Assembly: GCA_910588335.1 (NCBI GenBank)
Contig: CAJUQV010000018.1
Coordinates: 161-64,160, forward strand
DNA: 64,000 nucleotides
Direction of reading: 5' to 3'
Source of the DNA: an uncultured Ruminiclostridium sp.
GTDB lineage: Bacteria > Bacillota > Clostridia > Oscillospirales > Ruminococcaceae
In this document: piece after piece, positions 56,379 to 64,000 of the stretch
Position numbering within the stretch: the first letter of the stretch is position 1
How the letters are laid out: the number at the start of each line of letters is the position of its first letter
Notes under the pieces: model-generated
What the model saw: only the letters and a program-made list of their open reading frames with translations
The model's database searches: none
Told to the model about the DNA's origin: nothing
Translations under genes and position numbers: made by a program

Positions 56379-57550
56379 TGGATTATGAAAAGCTGCTTTC
56401 CGATACGGTACAGGAGGTAAAATTTTCCGGAATAAGAAAATTTTTTGACATTGCCTCTACTGTTGAAAACGTCATTTCCCTGTCCGTGGGAGAACCCGAT
56501 TTTAAAACCCCCTGGGCAATAAGAAAAGAAGCGATAAGAACATTGGAAAAAGGAAAAACTGCTTATACCGCCAATTCCGGACTTGCTCAGCTTCGCCGTT
56601 CCCTTTCGGAATATATTGAAAGAAAAACCGGCTTAAAATACGACCCCGATCATGAAATAATCGTAACGGTGGGCGGTTCGGAGGCGATAGACTGCGCCTT
56701 CAGGGCTTTGTGCGACCCCGGCGACGAGGTGCTTATCCCGGAACCCTCGTTCGTGTGCTACGCTCCGCTGGTAAAAATGGCTGGAGGAGTTCCCGTTATT
56801 ATTGAAACAAAGCTGGAAAACAATTTTAAGCTTACCCCCGAGGAAATAAAAGAAAAACTCACCCCTAAAACAAAAGCGCTGGTATTTCCCTACCCCAACA
56901 ATCCAACCGGGGCGGTAATGCGCAAAGACGACCTTGAAAAGATAGCGGCGGTAATACGTGAAACCGATATGGCGGTTATATCGGACGAAATTTACAGCGA
57001 GCTTACCTACGGCGCAGAACGTCATGTCTCAATTGCCGAAATTGAGGGAATGAAGGAGCGAACCATACTGATAAACGGATTCTCCAAGGCGTTTTCAATG
57101 ACGGGCTGGCGGCTCGGATATTTTGCCGCGCCCGCTCCGATTACAGGTCAGATGCTTAAAATACATCAGTACGCAATTATGTGCAGCCCCACGGTGAGCC
57201 AATACGCGGCTGTTGCGGCTCTTATGGACTGCGACGGAGAAGTGCTGCGCATGAAGGAGGAATACAACGCCAGAAGGCGGTTTGTGGTAAAAAGCTTCAA
57301 CGATATGGGACTTGAATGCTTTGAGCCGGAAGGCGCGTTTTACGCTTTCCCCTGTATCAAATCAACTGGGCTTACCTCGGAGGAATTCTGTAAACACCTT
57401 CTGAATTCAAAAAAAGTTGCCATCGTTCCCGGAGACGCCTTTGGAGCGTCCGGAGAAGGCTTTGTGAGAGTAAGCTACGCTTATTCCCTCGCCCATCTCA
57501 ATACCGCGCTTCAAAGAATCGAGGAATTTTTAAAGGAACTGAAAATTTGA
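56378..57550 (+). CDS. class I/II aminotransferase (aspartate/aromatic type)
   Basis: PLP lysine context NGFSKAFSMTGWRLGY. The start ATG at 56378 overlaps the lrp stop (GTGATG). Confidence 0.85.
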   Translation: MDYEKLLSDTVQEVKFSGIRKFFDIASTVENVISLSVGEPDFKTPWAIRKEAIRTLEKGKTAYTANSGLAQLRRSLSEYIERKTGLKYDPDHEIIVTVGGSEAIDCAFRALCDPGDEVLIPEPSFVCYAPLVKMAGGVPVIIETKLENNFKLTPEEIKEKLTPKTKALVFPYPNNPTGAVMRKDDLEKIAAVIRETDMAVISDEIYSELTYGAERHVSIAEIEGMKERTILINGFSKAFSMTGWRLGYFAAPAPITGQMLKIHQYAIMCSPTVSQYAAVAALMDCDGEVLRMKEEYNARRRFVVKSFNDMGLECFEPEGAFYAFPCIKSTGLTSEEFCKHLLNSKKVAIVPGDAFGASGEGFVRVSYAYSLAHLNTALQRIEEFLKELKI

Positions 57551-57569
57551 GCCAAAAAAGGAAAGTAAT

Positions 57570-58097
57570 ATGGAATATTTTACTTTATACGATCAGGATC
57601 GCATACCGTTGGGGAAACAAATACTGAGAGGAGAAAAAATTCCCGAAGGCGAATATCATATAGCCATTCACGTATGTGTTTTCAACTCCGAAAATAAAAT
57701 GCTGATCCAACAGAGGCAGCCCTTCAAAGAAGGTTGGTCAAATATGTGGGACGTTTCAGCGGGAGGAAGCGCGATTGCGGGAGAAAACAGTCGGGAGGCC
57801 GCTCAAAGGGAACTTGAAGAAGAAATAGGTCTGAAAATCCCCTTTGAAAAAATGCGCCCCATACTGACCGTTCATTTCGATCACGGCTTTGACGATATCT
57901 ATACCGTATCCTCCGATGTTGACGTTAACGATTTAAAGCTTCAACACGAAGAGGTGAAGGCGGTAAAATGGGCTTCGGAGGAAGAAATACTTGATATGAT
58001 CGCCGACGGCACATTTATTCCTTATCACGAACATCTTATATCTCTGCTGTTCTTTATGAGAAATCACCGCGGAACATTCAAGCACGATGAGGAATAA
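57570..58097 (+). CDS. NUDIX hydrolase (YfcD / Idi-like subgroup, lacks the Idi catalytic Cys)
   Basis: 175 aa with Nudix box GGSAIAGENSREAAQRELEEEIGL. Confidence 0.8.
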   Translation: MEYFTLYDQDRIPLGKQILRGEKIPEGEYHIAIHVCVFNSENKMLIQQRQPFKEGWSNMWDVSAGGSAIAGENSREAAQRELEEEIGLKIPFEKMRPILTVHFDHGFDDIYTVSSDVDVNDLKLQHEEVKAVKWASEEEILDMIADGTFIPYHEHLISLLFFMRNHRGTFKHDEE

Positions 58098-58101
58098 TAC
58101 A

Positions 58102-58962
58102 ATGACCTGGATAAAAGTAAACGCGCACGCCAAAATAAACCTTTTCTTGGACATAACCGGCGTTTTGCCAAACGGATACCATTCCCTAAACAATGTTATG
58201 CAGCAGATAGAGCTTCACGACGAGGTTAAGGTATCACTTTCCGAAGGAAGCGGAGTGGAAATCACCTGCGATAACCCCGCAGTACCTACCGACAAAAGGA
58301 ATATCGCCTATAAAGCCGCCGCGCTTTTTACCGAAAAAACAGGTCTCTCAGCCAAAATAACCGTTGACATCAAAAAAAACATACCCGTTATGGCCGGACT
58401 GGGAGGAAGCAGCACCGACGGAGCGGCCGTGCTTAAGGCGCTTAATCGGCTTTGCGGCGAACCGCTGACGTGTTCCGAGCTTGAGATGCTCGGCGCGGGA
58501 TTGGGCGCCGATGTTCCTTTCTGTATAAGAGGAAATGCTGCTCTTTGCCGTGGTATAGGCGAAAAAATGACAAATATAAGAGGTCTTGAAAACTGCTGTA
58601 TTCTTATTGTAAAGCCCGATTTTTCCTGCGGCACCTCGAAGGGATATAAGCTGTATGACAAAACACCTTTAAAAAGCATGGGTGAACCCGACGGTCTGAT
58701 TGCCGCGCTTAAAGAAAATAACATAAAAAAAACAGTAGGATATCTTTATAATATTTTTGAATCACTTTATCGCGACAGCCGAATAGAAAAAATTAAAAAT
58801 GATTTATTGTCCTCAAACGCTTTAGGAGCATTGCTTAGCGGGAGTGGAAGCGCGGTTTTCGGCCTTTTTGAAGATGAGGGAAAAGCCTTGGAAGCACTGT
58901 CCCGCTTAAATTATCCGTTCACGCTTTTGACAAAACCCGTTTTTTCTCTTGAAAAAAAATGA
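58102..58962 (+). CDS. ispE: 4-diphosphocytidyl-2-C-methyl-D-erythritol kinase
   Basis: AKINLFLDI and the GHMP motif MAGLGGSSTDGAA. The start is the ATG at 58102. Confidence 0.9.
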   Translation: MTWIKVNAHAKINLFLDITGVLPNGYHSLNNVMQQIELHDEVKVSLSEGSGVEITCDNPAVPTDKRNIAYKAAALFTEKTGLSAKITVDIKKNIPVMAGLGGSSTDGAAVLKALNRLCGEPLTCSELEMLGAGLGADVPFCIRGNAALCRGIGEKMTNIRGLENCCILIVKPDFSCGTSKGYKLYDKTPLKSMGEPDGLIAALKENNIKKTVGYLYNIFESLYRDSRIEKIKNDLLSSNALGALLSGSGSAVFGLFEDEGKALEALSRLNYPFTLLTKPVFSLEKK

Positions 58963-59026
58963 AATATGTGTTAAAATAATACATAATAACTCTGTTTACA
59001 CTGTTATGTAAAAGGAGGGACACGAA

Positions 59027-59386
59027 ATGGTGCTTATTCATAATCACTTGGGAGAGATAAACATATCAAGGCAGTTTTTTGCTCAGCTTATCGGCGGAAC
59101 GCTGACAAACTGCTTCGGAGTGGCGGACACAAACGCATGCACTCCAAAACAAAGCCTAAGGGAATCACTGCCATTTACCCGAAAAAAGAAATATATAGAC
59201 AAGGGCGTCTCCGTCAGAACAGTAAGGGGGAAGCTACACGTAGATCTGCATATTACCGTCTTATACGGAGTAAACATTTCCACCGCCGTGAGAAGCATAC
59301 AGCATAAGATCACTTATGTTATAGAAGACGAAACGGAAATTGAAGTTGAAAACGTTAACGTCTTTATTGACGGAATAAAATCCTGA
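59027..59386 (+). CDS. Asp23/Gls24 family envelope stress protein (YloU-like)
   Basis: 119 aa with the typical Asp23 fold sequence, in the conserved position upstream of the DAK2 gene. Confidence 0.8.
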   Translation: MVLIHNHLGEINISRQFFAQLIGGTLTNCFGVADTNACTPKQSLRESLPFTRKKKYIDKGVSVRTVRGKLHVDLHITVLYGVNISTAVRSIQHKITYVIEDETEIEVENVNVFIDGIKS

Positions 59387-59430
59387 ACCTACGCTACAAA
59401 AAATTTTATTATATTAAAAGGAGTGCGGCT

Positions 59431-61080
59431 TTGAGTATCAGCGGTAAAATGCTCCGCGACGCTATTATATCCGGGGCGAATAATATAGTAAACAATAAAA
59501 ACACGGTGGACGAGCTTAACGTATTCCCAGTTCCCGACGGAGATACGGGAACAAATATGTCAATGACCATAAAAAATGCTCTTCCCGAATTAAAAATGAT
59601 GAGCGACGATGTTACCGTAAGCGCCGTGGCAAGCGCTACGGCTTCCGCTATGCTCAGAGGCGCAAGAGGTAATTCGGGCGTTATCCTGTCGCTTTTATTC
59701 AGAGGATTTTCCAAAGGCTTAAACGGAAAAAACACCGCCGAGGCGCAGGATATATCAAGATCCTTGAGCTTGGGCGTTGAATCCGCGTATAAATCAGTAA
59801 TGAAGCCCACCGAGGGAACAATTCTTACCGTAGCGCGAGAAAGCTCGGAGGCAGCGTCAAAAAAAGCCGCCGAAGGAGCCGACATTGTAGAACTCTTTGA
59901 CACTATAACTTCAGCCGCTAAAGCATCCCTTGATAAAACTCCGGAACTTCTTCCCGTTCTTAAAAAAGCGGGAGTTGTAGACGCAGGCGGAATGGGATTT
60001 TTAGTAATAATGCAGGGCATACAGAACGTTGTCAACGGAAACGGGGTTATTGCAAACGAGGAAGTTGATTCCGATATTAAGGGACCCGTTATAACCAACG
60101 CCGCAGGAAGCGTAGAAGCAGATATCGAATTCACATACTGTACGGAATTTCTTGTAAAGAAAAAAACCGATTGTAAAGACGCAAAGCTTCTGAGAGCTTA
60201 TCTCGAAACAATAGGCGACTGTGTTGTGGTTGTTGACGACGATGATATAATAAAAGTGCACGTTCATACCGAACACCCCGGAAAAGCTTTGGAGCAAGGT
60301 TTGCTTTTCGGTATGCTGGTTAATCTTAAAATCGAAAACATGAAGGAGCAGCACAAGAATCAGGAAAAAAAGGTTGAAATGGCTAAAATGAAAAAAGCAC
60401 AGCCCGCAAAGCCCGAAAAAGATTACGGTTTTGTATCTGTAGTAAACGGCGCGGGGCTTGAGGCTATTTTTTCCGATCTTGGCGTTGACAGCATCGTAAG
60501 GGGCGGGCAGACATCCAATCCGTCAACCGAGGACATAGTAGAAGCGATTCTGGCTACTCCGGCCAAAAACGTTTTTGTTCTCCCGAATAATAAAAATATC
60601 ATTATGGCGGCTGAACAAGCGGTAAAACTTGTAAAGGACAGAAAGGTAATCGTTCTTCAATCAAGAACGGTTCCACAGGGAATATCCGCAATGATAGCAT
60701 TTGACGGCTCTTTAAGCGTAAAACAAAACGGCGTTAATATGACAAAGGCCCTCGATAAGGTAGGTACCGGCTCCGTCACTTTTGCAGTACGCGACAGCGA
60801 ATTTGACGATAAAAAAATAAAACAAGGCGATATTCTGGCCATGGAAAACGGAAAACTGGCCTTAGTAGAACGCGACGTGAAAAAAGCGCTTTTCAAGATA
60901 ACCAAAAGGCTTGTTAAGAGCGATTCTTCTTATATAACCGTTATCTACGGCTCGGACGTCACCGACGACGACGCGCAGGAAGCGTATGAGCTGTTGAAAA
61001 CAAAGCTTGACAACGACTTGGAAATAGTTCTCGTTAACGGAGGACAGCCTATTTATTACTATATTGTTTCGGTGGAATAA
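59431..61080 (+). CDS. DAK2 domain-containing protein (YloV-like)
   Basis: TTG start with RBS AAAGGAG. It has an N-terminal Dak2 domain (PDGDTGTNM) and a C-terminal DegV-like half. Confidence 0.85.
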   Translation: MSISGKMLRDAIISGANNIVNNKNTVDELNVFPVPDGDTGTNMSMTIKNALPELKMMSDDVTVSAVASATASAMLRGARGNSGVILSLLFRGFSKGLNGKNTAEAQDISRSLSLGVESAYKSVMKPTEGTILTVARESSEAASKKAAEGADIVELFDTITSAAKASLDKTPELLPVLKKAGVVDAGGMGFLVIMQGIQNVVNGNGVIANEEVDSDIKGPVITNAAGSVEADIEFTYCTEFLVKKKTDCKDAKLLRAYLETIGDCVVVVDDDDIIKVHVHTEHPGKALEQGLLFGMLVNLKIENMKEQHKNQEKKVEMAKMKKAQPAKPEKDYGFVSVVNGAGLEAIFSDLGVDSIVRGGQTSNPSTEDIVEAILATPAKNVFVLPNNKNIIMAAEQAVKLVKDRKVIVLQSRTVPQGISAMIAFDGSLSVKQNGVNMTKALDKVGTGSVTFAVRDSEFDDKKIKQGDILAMENGKLALVERDVKKALFKITKRLVKSDSSYITVIYGSDVTDDDAQEAYELLKTKLDNDLEIVLVNGGQPIYYYIVSVE

Positions 61081-61090
61081 AATTGTAGAA

Positions 61091-61128
61091 ATTCAGCCAA
61101 ATTTTCCGTAAAGAAAATTTGGCTGAAT
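61091..61128 (+). terminator. perfect 15-bp hairpin after the DAK2 gene (no U-tract)
   Basis: ATTCAGCCAAATTTT-CCGTAAAG-AAAATTTGGCTGAAT. The downstream sequence is CAATAAAAC, so intrinsic termination is uncertain. Confidence 0.3.
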
Positions 61129-61155
61129 CAATAAAACAGAAAAGGAATACAAAAA

Positions 61156-61686
61156 ATGAAGCTGCCTGTAATAGAAACCAAAAGACTTTTACTTACCCCC
61201 CTTAAGCTCTCCGATGCGGAGCGTATTTTCCAAGGCTGGACAAGCGACACGAGAGTAACTAAATTTATGATTTATTCCACTCACAAAACCGTGGAGGAAA
61301 CAAAAGCGTGGCTGAAAACTGTTGTCAGCAGCACAGAAAACGAAAGTGCAAAAAGCGTTGACGTAGGCTTCAGACTAAAAGAAAACGGAATGCTTATAGG
61401 CACAGGCGGAGCATACTACAAGCCCGAATATAACCGATGGAGCTTAGGCTACAACATTGCTTTTGATTATTGGCATCAAGGCTATACCTCCGAAGCTATG
61501 AAAGCGCTTACGGAATATTTATGCAGTATGGGAATAAAACGCTTTTTTTCCGACCATGCCGTAGACAATCCCAACAGCGGAAAGGTGATGGAAAAAATCG
61601 GGATGAAATTTGATCATATGGGAAGCTATTCCTGCCATGACGGAAGAGAGTTTGAAGCAAAGTATTATATTATGGATATGAAATGA
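61156..61686 (+). CDS. GNAT family N-acetyltransferase (RimJ/RimL-like)
   Basis: 176 aa with the N-terminal 'ETKRLLLTPL' pattern typical of RimJ-type GNATs. Confidence 0.8.
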   Translation: MKLPVIETKRLLLTPLKLSDAERIFQGWTSDTRVTKFMIYSTHKTVEETKAWLKTVVSSTENESAKSVDVGFRLKENGMLIGTGGAYYKPEYNRWSLGYNIAFDYWHQGYTSEAMKALTEYLCSMGIKRFFSDHAVDNPNSGKVMEKIGMKFDHMGSYSCHDGREFEAKYYIMDMK

Positions 61687-63710
61687 TATTAAATAACACA
61701 GATATAAAAGAAATCAGGGGAATAAGCGATAAAAGAGCTTCAATGTATCATAAACTGGGAATTTTCACCGCCGAGGACCTTATCGATTTTTATCCGAGAG
61801 ATTACGTCGATTACTCCCGTCCAAAAAAAATATGCGAGATAGAAAACGAAGAGATTTGCGTTTTTAAAGGAGAGGTAACGAAAAAGCTTACACCTTATTT
61901 CGGCAAAGTAACGGTATATCACATCGCGGTGAGCGACGGAACGGACGAAATGCTGATAACCTTCTTCAATAACCGCTTTGCCTACGACAAGATTGCAGAA
62001 GGCTACAGATATCTGTTTTACGGGAAAGTAACGTGTACCTTTGCAAAAAAGGAAGCGCTGTCCCCGCTCTTTATTTTGGCGGAAAGCGAAAGTAAAATCG
62101 TTCCCAAATACCATCTTACCGGAGGACTCAGCAACAGCATAGTTATCTCAAATATGGTAAACGCGTTGGAAAGGGCGGAATTCAGCGACCTTCTTCCGGA
62201 ATATATAAGGGAAAAGGAAAATTTACTGCCATTAAAGGAATCGGTTTTCAATATTCACTTTCCACAAAGCGCCGAAATGCTTGAAAAGGCAAAAAAACGT
62301 CTTGTTTTTGAAGAGCTTCTGGTGCTTCAGTTAGGCTTGTCTTTGTTAGGAAAACAAAAACGCAAAGAGATCGGTATACCGATGGAAAAAGCGGATATAA
62401 AAGATTTTTTTGCTTCTCTTCCCTTTTCGCCCACAAACGCCCAAAAAAAAGCCATAAAGGAATGCGTTTCCGATATGCTTAAGCCGCTGCCAATGAACAG
62501 ACTGCTCCAAGGAGACGTGGGAAGCGGAAAAACGTTAGTCGCGGCGGCTGTAATGTATTTTACCGTGAAAAACGGTTATCAAGCCACTTTGATGGCTCCT
62601 ACGGAAATACTGGCGAAGCAGCATCGAGACACTCTTCGAGGTTTTCTGGAACCTCTCGGAATAAATGTCGAGCTGCTTACGGGAGGGCTGAGTGCAAAGG
62701 ATAAAAAACTTGTAAAAGAACGCATTAAAAGCGGAGAAGCGCAAATTATCGTGGGTACTCACGCTCTTATACAGAAAAACGTGGAATTTAACCGTTTAGG
62801 CTTATCGATAACCGACGAGCAGCACCGTTTCGGCGTATCCCAACGCTCAAAGCTACAGGAAAAAGGTGAAAATCCCCATAGTCTGGTAATGTCCGCCACA
62901 CCAATTCCCCGCACTTTGGCATTGATGATATACGCCGATCTGGATATATCGATACTCAACGAAATGCCTAAGGGTCGCCTTCCTGTAAAGACCTACGGGG
63001 TAGACAGCAGCTTTCATCAACGACTGTACAGATTCATTATAAAATATGTAAACGAAGGATATCAGGCTTATATAGTCTGTCCTCACGTGGAAGAAGGAAC
63101 AAGTGACAAGGCTGCGGCGACAAAGTATTTTGAAGAACTCAAAAGCGGTTATCTGTCGGGAATTTCCTTGGGGCTGCTCCATGGCAAAATGAAGCAGACG
63201 GAAAAAGACGCGGTTATGAACGATTTTAAACAGAACAAAATATCGGTGCTTATCGCGACTACCGTGATAGAGGTGGGAATAGACGTTCCCAACGCAGTGA
63301 TAATGATAATCGAAAACGCCGAGCAGTTCGGCCTTTCACAGCTTCATCAGCTCAGAGGACGAGTAGGCCGCGGAAACACCCAGTCACACTGTATACTTGT
63401 AACCGACAGCAAAGGCGAATATACAAAAGCGCGCATCGACACAATGGTCTCCACAAGCAACGGCTTCGAGATAGCAAATAAAGATCTGGAACTGAGAGGA
63501 CCGGGCGATTTTTTCGGATGCGCGCAGCATGGACTTCCCACTCTTAAAATAGCCGATATGAACAGGGATATTGAAACCGTTTATCTCGCGCAAAAATATT
63601 CGCGCGAAATACTGGAGGAAGACGAAAGTCTTTCATCTGAAAAAAACAGCGGTCTTAACAGACTTGTTAAAAATTTATTTAAAGCTGGTGAAAAATTTGG
63701 AATCAACTGA
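61683..63710 (+). CDS. recG: ATP-dependent DNA helicase RecG
   Basis: 675 aa with a wedge domain and SF2 motifs GDVGSGKT, DEQHRFG, SATPIPRT, QLRGRVGRG. Confidence 0.95.
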   Translation: MILNNTDIKEIRGISDKRASMYHKLGIFTAEDLIDFYPRDYVDYSRPKKICEIENEEICVFKGEVTKKLTPYFGKVTVYHIAVSDGTDEMLITFFNNRFAYDKIAEGYRYLFYGKVTCTFAKKEALSPLFILAESESKIVPKYHLTGGLSNSIVISNMVNALERAEFSDLLPEYIREKENLLPLKESVFNIHFPQSAEMLEKAKKRLVFEELLVLQLGLSLLGKQKRKEIGIPMEKADIKDFFASLPFSPTNAQKKAIKECVSDMLKPLPMNRLLQGDVGSGKTLVAAAVMYFTVKNGYQATLMAPTEILAKQHRDTLRGFLEPLGINVELLTGGLSAKDKKLVKERIKSGEAQIIVGTHALIQKNVEFNRLGLSITDEQHRFGVSQRSKLQEKGENPHSLVMSATPIPRTLALMIYADLDISILNEMPKGRLPVKTYGVDSSFHQRLYRFIIKYVNEGYQAYIVCPHVEEGTSDKAAATKYFEELKSGYLSGISLGLLHGKMKQTEKDAVMNDFKQNKISVLIATTVIEVGIDVPNAVIMIIENAEQFGLSQLHQLRGRVGRGNTQSHCILVTDSKGEYTKARIDTMVSTSNGFEIANKDLELRGPGDFFGCAQHGLPTLKIADMNRDIETVYLAQKYSREILEEDESLSSEKNSGLNRLVKNLFKAGEKFGIN

Positions 63711-64000
63711 TATAAAAAAAGAACGTTGGCGCTATCCTCGTTTTTTTGGCTCAACAGACGGCAAAAAAGCTTATATTAACGGTGAGGACGCAAAGCATAT
63801 CTGCACTGTTCTGCGCATGGGCACCGACGAACTTATAGTGCTTTGCGACAACGACAATAACGATTACCTTTGCAAAATAGCTTCATTGCAAAAGGATTCG
63901 GTAAGTCTTGACATTTTGGACGAAAGAAAAAACGAAGCAATGCCGACGGCGGAAATAACTCTTTTTCAGTGTCTCCCCAAAAGTGATAAAATGGACTTTA
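63688..64000 (+). CDS. rsmE: 16S rRNA (uracil1498-N3)-methyltransferase, N-terminal part (runs off window end)
   Basis: Not in the ORF track. The frame from GTG 63688 / TTG 63697 reads ..PRFFGSTDGKKAYINGEDAKHICTVLRMGTDELIVLCDNDNNDYLCKI..ITLFQCLPKSDKMDF, a typical RsmE PUA-like N-terminus. Confidence 0.7.
   Translation, partial: MKNLESTDIKKERWRYPRFFGSTDGKKAYINGEDAKHICTVLRMGTDELIVLCDNDNNDYLCKIASLQKDSVSLDILDERKNEAMPTAEITLFQCLPKSDKMDF

Noticed and set aside
59409-60134. Long antisense ORFs opposite well-supported genes: 241 aa opposite the DAK2 gene, 39500-40225 opposite the hemerythrin gene, 14671-15306 and 15873-16430 opposite polC/ispG, 25721-26197, 32378-32869, 28569-29048 and 29298-29840.
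   Set aside because: Their translations are low-complexity or Ser/Ile/Phe-rich and lack RBSs and motifs. They lie fully within genes whose products match known families. They are typical shadow ORFs caused by codon bias.
1-64000. Search by eye for tRNA, rRNA, tmRNA, RNase P or SRP RNA genes, CRISPR arrays, prophage or integrase genes and toxin-antitoxin pairs.
   Set aside because: No intergenic region is long enough or has the conserved boxes (for example GGTTCGAATCC T-arms). There are no regularly spaced direct repeats and no integrase/recombinase or small paired ORFs. Detection by eye is imperfect, so tRNAscan-SE, Infernal and minCED should confirm.

Overview
Core-chromosome segment of a Firmicutes/Clostridia-type genome, identified by a PolC-type replicase and the conserved block pyrH-frr-uppS-cdsA-dxr-rseP-(ispG)-polC. 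I call about 55 protein genes and recognised no rRNA, tRNA or CRISPR array. Content by region: (i) tandem M42 peptidases; (ii) a split histidine operon, hisZGDC then an XRE/TPR regulator then hisB-nudix-hisH, with hisA/F/IE absent from the window; (iii) the polC-to-pyrH housekeeping block plus hom and an archaeal-type proS; (iv) a small A+T-richer two-gene islet of unknown function between proS and ackA; (v) tmcAL, a DUF4380-like gene, and a PP-loop protein juxtaposed to murD (candidate MurL/MurD2 pair); (vi) a GGDEF protein, a hemerythrin-fusion protein with an NMT1-type ABC transporter, an M23 peptidase, a YbiT-type ABC-F, a standalone rtcB and rlmA; (vii) an orphan sugar-binding lipoprotein with an AraC regulator, and cotH with an orphan gatB; (viii) an APH-like kinase, DUF305, a HisJ-type phosphatase, lrp with an aminotransferase, nudix-ispE, asp23-dak2-GNAT-recG-rsmE. 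The least explained signal is non-coding. There are at least three families of palindromic, MITE/REP-like intergenic elements: a modular two-hairpin family with 7 copies, all in one orientation, three of which abut stop codons; a TTAAGGCAATACCGC-armed palindrome fused to the promoters of two RNA-modification genes; and a 115-bp palindrome flanked by a CAGGAA direct repeat. A 20-codon IS5-family transposase relic is also present. All functional calls come from motif and family recognition by eye, with no database search run.
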